NCBI GenBank assembly: GCA_016929435.1
Contig: JAFGIV010000014.1
Coordinates: forward strand, 1-58,444
Length of the DNA: 58,444 nucleotides
From: Candidatus Uhrbacteria bacterium
Lineage (GTDB): Bacteria > Patescibacteriota > Patescibacteriia > SG8-24
Direction of reading: 5' to 3'
The notes beneath the pieces are model-generated. The model did not search any database. It had not been told where the DNA came from and saw only the letters and a program-made list of their open reading frames with translations. Positions 1-6,395 of the stretch are shown in pieces (the stretch's first letter is position 1; every line of letters starts with the position of its first letter). Both the position numbers and the translations under genes were made by a program.

Positions 1-64
1 GAGGAAATCCTTGTTGGGTTTCTAAAAATTGCACATTTACAACCTAAAAAGGAGGTGGGTTATG
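1..64 (+). repeat. 64-nt leader (hairpin + SD AAGGAGG + ATG), copy 1; truncated by the window start
   Basis: Positions 1-64 are the exact reverse complement of 4635-4698 (compared base by base). Confidence 0.95.
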
Positions 65-838
65 AAATGGTCCGATCGTCTCTACTTCGGTACGTGGCAA
101 CTCGGAGGACAGTTCAAAAGTCTGTCTAAGGCATATATCGAATCGCTTCTTCTTTTTGCCATCAGTTCCGGTATTCGTCGTTTTGATACGGCGGCCGTCT
201 ATGGCAGTGGCAAGGTAGAGGAGATGCTTGGTGTATGTCTGCCGAAAGATGCAGCCATCGTAACCAAAATTCCTGCGGCATCGAAACCGAATATAAAAAC
301 ACCTGAACCAATCCAGAAATTCTACTCACGAGATGTCATGCATCGAAGTGTGGACGAATCACTGGAAAGATTGCAGCGCTCTTCTGTCGATGTTGCGCTT
401 CTGCATAACTGGCTATCAACATGGTCGGAAGATGCAGTCGCAATCCTCGAGTGTCTAAACGAGCTCAAGGATCAGGGCATGATCCAACGTGTTGGGATTT
501 CTCTGCCCGACAATTTCTCATGCCCCATCAGTGACGCTGTTTTATCGCACATTGATGTGATTGAGGTTCCATTCAATTCGGAACAAAGATGGGTGCTTAC
601 ACAGCTCCCAACTTTAATCGAGTTGAAAAAGGAAATTATCCTGAGAAGCTTGTTTGGTCAAGGAAAACTACTCGCTGGGCGCTCTGCTGAGTCATTGATT
701 CAAGACGCGCTCGAACTCGAAACGTCTGTTGTTATTGGTATGACAACGGAAGAACAAATCACCAAAAACATCAACTGCTTAAGAGGAACATCGGGAAGTA
801 TCACGCCGACCGAAGAAGTGACCAACAACAACCACTGA
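62..838 (+). CDS. Aldo/keto reductase family protein
   Basis: FGTWQLGG, FDTAAVYG (catalytic D/Y), TK and LLHNW motifs; ATG at 62 after AAGGAGG (the ORF-track TTG at 29 lies in the leader). Confidence 0.85.
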   Translation: MKWSDRLYFGTWQLGGQFKSLSKAYIESLLLFAISSGIRRFDTAAVYGSGKVEEMLGVCLPKDAAIVTKIPAASKPNIKTPEPIQKFYSRDVMHRSVDESLERLQRSSVDVALLHNWLSTWSEDAVAILECLNELKDQGMIQRVGISLPDNFSCPISDAVLSHIDVIEVPFNSEQRWVLTQLPTLIELKKEIILRSLFGQGKLLAGRSAESLIQDALELETSVVIGMTTEEQITKNINCLRGTSGSITPTEEVTNNNH

Positions 839-875
839 CCCGTCTTGTGTATATCATTAGGCGGGTCATTTTTTT
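836..875 (+). terminator. Rho-independent terminator after the AKR gene
   Basis: TGACCCGTCT/AGGCGGGTCA stem followed by T7. Confidence 0.8.
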
Positions 876-892
876 GAAAAAAACACAAAATC

Positions 893-1516
893 ATGTATAA
901 TAAAATCATGAATAAGGGTTTTTTGTTACTTACATCAACAGGCCTCACGTCCCCGAATATTTATGAAAAATTTAGGGGTCTTGTTTCTGATCCCAAAAAA
1001 CAGTCAGTTGCCATCATTACCACGGCAGCTGAAGGTAAAGAAAATAACAAGTATTCACAGCTCGCAAAGAAGCAGTTTGAGAGTTTGGGTTTTGTAAACG
1101 TAGATTTTGTAGACCTCGAAACACAGCCAGAGAAAGACTTCTCGCCTTACGGGATCATTTATGTCTGTGGAGGTAATACTTTCAAGCTTCTTAAATTTGC
1201 GAAAAAGGCAAACTTTAAATTATCTATCAAGAAGTTGCTTGAGCGAAACGGAATATACATAGGAGTAAGTGCAGGAAGCATTATTGTTGGTCCATCTATC
1301 AATATCGCTAATGAAGTTGAACCTGACCCCAATGACGTTGGTTTAGAGGATCTTACGGGTTTTGACATAACTAGTCTGATTGTCCTACCGCATTATTCCC
1401 CGGAAATGGAAACTGAAACGGATAATTTTGAGAAAAAATATAGGCTTATTGTAGAACGTTTAGACAACTCACGGGCTATTTTGATTGATAATGGCGAAAA
1501 GACTTTTATTGAATAA
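893..1516 (+). CDS. Peptidase E (S51) / type 1 glutamine amidotransferase-like protein
   Basis: IYVCGGNTF, GVSAG (nucleophile Ser) and LPHY motifs; visibly AT-rich. Confidence 0.85.
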   Translation: MYNKIMNKGFLLLTSTGLTSPNIYEKFRGLVSDPKKQSVAIITTAAEGKENNKYSQLAKKQFESLGFVNVDFVDLETQPEKDFSPYGIIYVCGGNTFKLLKFAKKANFKLSIKKLLERNGIYIGVSAGSIIVGPSINIANEVEPDPNDVGLEDLTGFDITSLIVLPHYSPEMETETDNFEKKYRLIVERLDNSRAILIDNGEKTFIE

Positions 1517-1519
1517 AAA

Positions 1520-1543
1520 GGAGGCACACTTTCGTATGCCTCC
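1520..1543. terminator. Hairpin between convergent genes, probable bidirectional terminator
   Basis: GGAGGCA/TGCCTCC stem with an A-run on the left. Confidence 0.6.
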
Positions 1544-1546
1544 AGG

Positions 1547-2302
1547 TTAGAGCAACCTCTTAATTTTACCCACCACATCCGCCACCCTTTCTCTCCTTGA
1601 GACCTTCAGGGCGACTTCATAGATGAGCAGGTCCGAAGACCTAAGGAGCTTCGCTTGTTGTTCAAGCGATCGAAATCCACGGAAGTATCTTTGGCTGCGG
1701 GCAAATGCAAGCCGAACCATCGAGGCTGTAACATCCGAGAGGCATATTTCTCGCTCGATAGTTGCATTTTCACGCAATTTCTCAAGTGTTGAGAGTTTCT
1801 GCCTGATCTCGTCAGTACACAACTCAATGATAGATTTCGAGAGCGAAACAGGGTAAGGAACAAGCAGTTCCCTGAGTCGGATATTGATGTCCGTAACATC
1901 ATATAGAGTCTCGGCAGTTGCCAAGTCCCCACACAACGCTTCCGGCAACCAATATCCGGTAGCCCAAGGACGATGTTGACCGCCCAGATTCCTGCCCTCG
2001 ATCCACCCCTCGACCTGCTTGACGAGTAAGGCTGAATCGCAAACTGCGACACCGCCTGATCCCGTCGGCATATCAAAGCGAACACTGTCGTCGCACACGA
2101 AGAAGCTTCCGGTTGGCCATCGATTTTCCAGTAAGGCCTTGATGGGATGGGAATATTTCTCGATACTCCCCTCATTGCAGCCCGCCAAAAGGTCAATCTT
2201 TCCTTTTGCCAAATTCCTCTTCAGTCCAACATGCAGCAGCACCTTCATGCCACGCAATTCACGCAAAACGTGAGACAGATCGGAGACTAAGCTATTTTTC
2301 AT
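1547..2302 (-). CDS. Nucleotidyltransferase-like protein (DUF4037-like C-terminal part), degenerate catalytic motif
   Basis: IDLL near the N-terminus; LPEALCGDLATAETLYD...LRELLVPYPVSL resembles NTase/DUF4037 proteins; ATGA overlap with the upstream gene and an AAGGAGG SD. Confidence 0.45.
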   Translation of the reverse strand: MKNSLVSDLSHVLRELRGMKVLLHVGLKRNLAKGKIDLLAGCNEGSIEKYSHPIKALLENRWPTGSFFVCDDSVRFDMPTGSGGVAVCDSALLVKQVEGWIEGRNLGGQHRPWATGYWLPEALCGDLATAETLYDVTDINIRLRELLVPYPVSLSKSIIELCTDEIRQKLSTLEKLRENATIEREICLSDVTASMVRLAFARSQRYFRGFRSLEQQAKLLRSSDLLIYEVALKVSRRERVADVVGKIKRLL

Positions 2303-3417
2303 AGTGCCTCCTTGTTTCGTTTCGACTCCTCGAGCTCAATGAGAGCCTTCGGAAATCCGAATGTGGATGTCAGATACTCGATGTCTGATCCGGTCAGACG
2401 GCCATTCCTGCGAGAGACAAGTTTTGCGTATTCTTTCCTCCCGCACTCAAGCCCCCTCTCGAATTTTGACACCTCTTCGGCAAACACAGTCTGCACCGCA
2501 TCAGCCGAGCCCCATTGATTTCCGGATATCACGACAAACTCATCAAATGAGACGGATGTCTGTCGGCAGAGGATGAAAGCCTCTCGAATGAGTTTCCGAA
2601 GGACATAACCCGCCGCTTTGTTTCCAGGCCGAAGCCCTTCCGATACCAGGAGTACTGCCGCTTTGCCGAGATCGGCGAGGCGACACACGGTGGCTCGATC
2701 CTTTTTACGGGATCGCTCCGTGACGGATTCGATCACGCCTTTCCAGTTTGAGTTTTCATAATCGCTGCTACAGCATTCGGCTGCCGTGACGATACGATCA
2801 ATGCTCGCTCCCGAATCGGCGGCAATCTTCTCCAGGGGAGACTCGAAAAGCGTCTCGCCCAGAAACTCGGTAAAGACCAAGTTCCAGAGCTCGTTCGACT
2901 TATCCGTGTCTGGATTTCTCCAGACGATCTCCGTGCGAACACCGCATCGATTCTGGGTCGGAGTAAAAGTGACGTTCTTGTCATTGCTGACAGTCCTGAC
3001 ACCCAATTTTTCCCATATTTTCTGCGATGTTATATCTTGTGGGTGCACTGTTGCCGATAGCGTGGCGGGGCTGATCCCTGCACACACTGTCAGATAACGC
3101 CAAGCACTCTCGATCATTACATCCTTCACCTCGGCTTCCTTTCCCTCGTAGAGGGAAAAGTGACCGAGCATGTCGAATGCAAGATGGTGTCTTCCCGACA
3201 AACCGATCTTCTCCCATCCGTCTGTCCGCAGGCATGTCTGAACCGAAACGACACGGATCTTCTCAGGGATTGCTCCGTGAGAGATCACATCCTCGAACAC
3301 GACACCGCCAGAGATGTTGAACAGTAGCTTGGGGTTTGCGCTTACGATCGGAATGCTGTTTTGCCACTGGAAACCGAAGGTCCCGAAGTGGCGTCTAATT
3401 TCATCATACGTCTTCAT
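2299..3417 (-). CDS. Truncated alanyl-tRNA synthetase paralog (catalytic + helical domains only; no editing or C-Ala domain)
   Basis: Divergent AlaRS motifs in order: YDEIRRHF, QTCLRTD..GRHHLAFDMLGHFS, ELWNLVF, DSGASIDR, GNKAAGYVLRKLIREA, EEVSKF, LTSTFGFP; 372 aa. Confidence 0.85.
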   Translation of the reverse strand: MKTYDEIRRHFGTFGFQWQNSIPIVSANPKLLFNISGGVVFEDVISHGAIPEKIRVVSVQTCLRTDGWEKIGLSGRHHLAFDMLGHFSLYEGKEAEVKDVMIESAWRYLTVCAGISPATLSATVHPQDITSQKIWEKLGVRTVSNDKNVTFTPTQNRCGVRTEIVWRNPDTDKSNELWNLVFTEFLGETLFESPLEKIAADSGASIDRIVTAAECCSSDYENSNWKGVIESVTERSRKKDRATVCRLADLGKAAVLLVSEGLRPGNKAAGYVLRKLIREAFILCRQTSVSFDEFVVISGNQWGSADAVQTVFAEEVSKFERGLECGRKEYAKLVSRRNGRLTGSDIEYLTSTFGFPKALIELEESKRNKEAL

Positions 3418-4637
3418 GGAGAACCTCCCATTGCCAGATGTTTGAATGCAGTCTGCCTGACTGCGTAGGTGAACTTACTCATCTCGGGATGAGTAACAAG
3501 TCCGTGGTTCATATCCCAACTCACTACGTGAGCCGGAATTCCGAGGCCGTTCAAGATACCCTGTGCTCGTTCGGCTGTCATGTTGTAAACCGAACCTTGA
3601 GTGCAGATTCTCCGCTGGGCCAGAGGGCAGCGAGATGCCTCGCATCCTGATCGTGCGAAAACCTGTACCGAAGTGATGCTCGGAATCCTAAGCATCCGAG
3701 TAAGGGCGCACGACGACTTGAGATAGACGGGGATACCCGGAAAGTGATCGGCGCTCAGTGAGAAGATGGAGTTCACCAGCTCCTGCGGCAACGATTTCAC
3801 GTTGTCATCCCGAGGGATGTCCGGCATGGGGAGCTGGTGAATCTCCACCAGTCCGTTCTCGATACCTTCCGTCCAGCGCAGGCCGCCCGGAACGATCATA
3901 TCGATGACTTCGCCGTAGTGTTTTTTCACCCACAGCATCATCATCTCAATTCTGTCCCGATTACCGCTCCACCCAGGAACGATCGGTCGCATATACCATG
4001 CGATGGTGGCTCCTGCTTCCTTGGCTTCCTCAGCGTTGAGAAAGCGGTTATTGTGCGTGGGCTCAATCGTGTCAGGATTATCTGCCCAGCACAGCGACAG
4101 CATCAAGCCGCGCGTCGCATTCGAGATGCGAGCGAAGTCTAGTTTCCTCCCTTTGGGAACGCCGCCTTTGGTAACGATCCAGAAGGGATTCCGCAGACCG
4201 CGTCGGACGAATCCGTCCATAATCTCGAACGTACTGTCTACGACAGCAGGAGCGAACGGCTCCGTGCTTGCTGTTCCGATGCTGATGATTGTCTCATCAG
4301 CAATAAAGAACGGATGTTTGACCAGTTCATCGAGGATTTGATCTGCGGTAAAATGATTACGTCGTCTTGGTTTTTTCGGCATTGTGCCTTGGTCAGCAAG
4401 ATCTTGATTGGTGTCTTGAACATGACAGTATCTGCACTGCCACGAACATCCAATCCAGAGATCGATACTCAGTGAGCTGTTAGACACGCTGACGCATGAT
4501 AGGGGATGGTTACTGTTTGGCACAAGAACTCCGTATGTGTATTCACGCACAGAAAATTCTCGGCCAGTAGTCATCCCATTGATTGTGACGTGCGGTTCCG
4601 AATTAACGGCCGTAAAGTAGTCCTGCTTAGTTTCCAT
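3414..4637 (-). CDS. Radical SAM enzyme (SPL/SplB-like features)
   Basis: CSWQCRYC (CxxxCxxC), GTASTEPF and VTKG motifs; extra C-terminal Cys cluster CEASRC...C; ATG at 4637 after AAGGAGG. Confidence 0.9.
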   Translation of the reverse strand: METKQDYFTAVNSEPHVTINGMTTGREFSVREYTYGVLVPNSNHPLSCVSVSNSSLSIDLWIGCSWQCRYCHVQDTNQDLADQGTMPKKPRRRNHFTADQILDELVKHPFFIADETIISIGTASTEPFAPAVVDSTFEIMDGFVRRGLRNPFWIVTKGGVPKGRKLDFARISNATRGLMLSLCWADNPDTIEPTHNNRFLNAEEAKEAGATIAWYMRPIVPGWSGNRDRIEMMMLWVKKHYGEVIDMIVPGGLRWTEGIENGLVEIHQLPMPDIPRDDNVKSLPQELVNSIFSLSADHFPGIPVYLKSSCALTRMLRIPSITSVQVFARSGCEASRCPLAQRRICTQGSVYNMTAERAQGILNGLGIPAHVVSWDMNHGLVTHPEMSKFTYAVRQTAFKHLAMGGSP

Positions 4638-4698
4638 AACCCACCTCCTTTTTAGGTTGTAAATGTGCAATTTTTAGAAACCCAACAAGGATTTCCTC
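4635..4698 (-). repeat. 64-nt leader, copy 2 (inverted relative to copy 1), upstream of the radical SAM gene
   Basis: Exact reverse complement of 1-64. Confidence 0.95.
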
Positions 4699-4705
4699 CG
4701 TCGTT

Positions 4706-4734
4706 CTTTTAACACAAATTCGTGTTTTATGCAA
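4706..4734 (-). promoter_or_regulatory. Putative sigma70 promoter for the radical SAM operon with an operator-like inverted repeat in the spacer
   Basis: Minus strand TTGCAT-17nt-TAAAAG; AACAC-N6-GTGTT at 4711-4726. Confidence 0.45.
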
Positions 4735-4763
4735 GCCCGCTCGCATCAGCGACGTTCTACACT

Positions 4764-4935
4764 AGTTGCACCGACTTGGCAGGATAACGGTCTTAGAACA
4801 TGGGATCCAAAGATACGCAACACGGGGAATTCAACCTTGCCGAAAGGCGGGGGAGACAGCCCATGCGTTCAGGCGCTGCGTCGAGACCCTGCCGCACGGG
4901 TTCGTCCGGTCCGTGTCCTTTCCGACGCTGCAACT
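4764..4935 (+). ncRNA. Candidate structured ncRNA of unknown family
   Basis: Five mutually compatible helices including a GAAA-capped hairpin; the G-U pairs work only on the + strand; no credible ORF. Confidence 0.4.
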
Positions 4936-5025
4936 GAAACTTGAGTTTCGGGGGGGGTGACATGTCGATGGGCGGATGCGAAAACGGGTCTCATGGCTGA
5001 AACCCGCCTTTTCGTTGCCGTAATG

Positions 5026-5100
5026 TGGTGCGGGCGGAGGGAATCGAACCCCCATTAACGGTTCCGAAGACCGCCGTTCTGTCCGTTGAACTACGCCCGC
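5026..5100 (-). tRNA. tRNA-Arg(UCG)
   Basis: Cloverleaf, anticodon loop CT-TCG-GA, GGTTCGATTCC T-arm, encoded CCA. Confidence 0.95.
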
Positions 5101-5272
5101 CTGTTTTGCCTGTCAAAAATAGCAGTTTCGGACGGATTTGGGAAGGGGTTCGTGGGGGTTGATATAAAACCGAAAGTATGCCATGATGAGTAATCATCCG
5201 ATAATGGATGGTGGCCGCCGCCGGAAGGCTGCGCAAACCGCATATTTAAAAACCAAAAAACGAGGAGGAAAA

Positions 5273-6088
5273 ATGTTCATGATTGGCGATAGGGTCAAGG
5301 TTGTCTCTTCTGTCCTTCACGACGGGACGGCGACCGTCACCGGTCTTTACGAGAAATTCGTGGGGTGCAACAATTCCGGGCTGAAACCCGGAAAGTACAC
5401 TGACCGAGAAAGCGTTGTCCTGACGCACGATGACGGTCGGACCGAACCGGTAGGGGTTGACCGTTGCCGTTTGGCCGATTCGGAACTGGCCGCCAGGCGG
5501 GAAAGTGAGGAGCGCGCCTGGCTGGAACAGAACCCGGGTCTCGACCTCAGGGAACGGGACCGTGTGGGGGACTTGCCCGAGGAGTTCTTTTGGGAAGGGG
5601 ATTCGGTCAGGGTGGTTGGCGACCGTTTTCCGTCCCTCGGTTCCGGTACCTTCCGTATCGTTCGGGCCGTCTATGACGGTCTTCCGCAATGGTTGCCGGA
5701 GGGATGTAAAAAATACCCGTTTTACTCCCTTGAGGGAGAGGACGAATCAAGATTTTTTCCGCAGGATTGCCTTAGTCTGGCGGAAAAGGGGACTGTCCGC
5801 CTGTTTTACGGCGGAGGGTATGTGTTCTTTCCCAACATTTGGGAACAGGCCAAATTCTACGACCGAATAGGTCATGCCTGGCGGATCAGGAACCCCAAGG
5901 ACGGGACATACGAATGGACCGTGGAGGGAGTCCGAACGGCGATCCGAAACGGGATCGCCCACGGCTATGAGCAGGCAAAAGGCGATGTCGGTCCGGCCTG
6001 TGCCGTCAGGTTCAGGGATGAGTCGTTCGGCAAATGGGTGGCCTACAACACCCTGATCGGGGTGTCGTACGCAATAATTGTTTTTTGA
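5273..6088 (+). CDS. Hypothetical protein with two KOW/SH3-like starts (IGDRVKVV, EGDSVRVV)
   Basis: Long ORF, GAGGAGG SD before ATG 5273, lies between two tRNAs. Confidence 0.7.
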   Translation: MFMIGDRVKVVSSVLHDGTATVTGLYEKFVGCNNSGLKPGKYTDRESVVLTHDDGRTEPVGVDRCRLADSELAARRESEERAWLEQNPGLDLRERDRVGDLPEEFFWEGDSVRVVGDRFPSLGSGTFRIVRAVYDGLPQWLPEGCKKYPFYSLEGEDESRFFPQDCLSLAEKGTVRLFYGGGYVFFPNIWEQAKFYDRIGHAWRIRNPKDGTYEWTVEGVRTAIRNGIAHGYEQAKGDVGPACAVRFRDESFGKWVAYNTLIGVSYAIIVF

Positions 6089-6196
6089 AGGGCCTTGCGC
6101 ACCGATCGGGTTTTGACCCGGTTGGTGCGCTTTTCGGTTTTTCCTATTGACTCCGTTTTTTGGCCGTGATATATATTTTAAGGTCAAAAAAAGTTC

Positions 6197-6272
6197 GGGT
6201 CGGTAGCTCAGCTGGTAGAGCAAGCGCCTCTTAAGCGTTAGGTCCTGGGTTCGAGCCCCAGCCGACCCACCA
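6197..6272 (+). tRNA. tRNA-Lys(CUU)
   Basis: Cloverleaf, anticodon loop CT-CTT-AA, CCA end. Confidence 0.95.
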
Positions 6273-6305
6273 AAAGCCTCCCATCAGGTTGATGGGGGGC
6301 TTTTG
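6273..6305 (+). terminator. Terminator after tRNA-Lys
   Basis: AAAAGCCTCCCATCA-GGT-TGATGGGGGGCTTTT hairpin plus T-run. Confidence 0.8.
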
Positions 6306-6395
6306 TTTCCGTCTGTTTTTTGTTCGGCCCCCCACATTCTTTTTGGCGTGGCCAAAAGATGGTATAATTAAGTAAGGCTATAAAGGGGCATTATA

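Noticed and set aside
1-12. GAGGAAATCC resembling the RNase P RNA motif GAGGAAAGTCC
   Set aside because: One base is missing, none of the other RNase P conserved regions follow, and the sequence runs straight into an SD and ATG.
29-61. Shared N-terminal peptide MHIYNLKRRWV on the AKR and radical SAM ORFs in the track
   Set aside because: It comes from a TTG inside the repeated leader; the AAGGAGG SD lies within it and points to the downstream ATGs (62 and 4637), so it is a DNA repeat, not a shared peptide.
4635-4940. T-box or cobalamin riboswitch upstream of the AlaRS-like operon (GAGACCCTGCC and GCAACTG seen)
   Set aside because: No T-box GGTGG.ACC.CG motif; the cobalamin-like words are in the wrong order and on the strand opposite to the operon.
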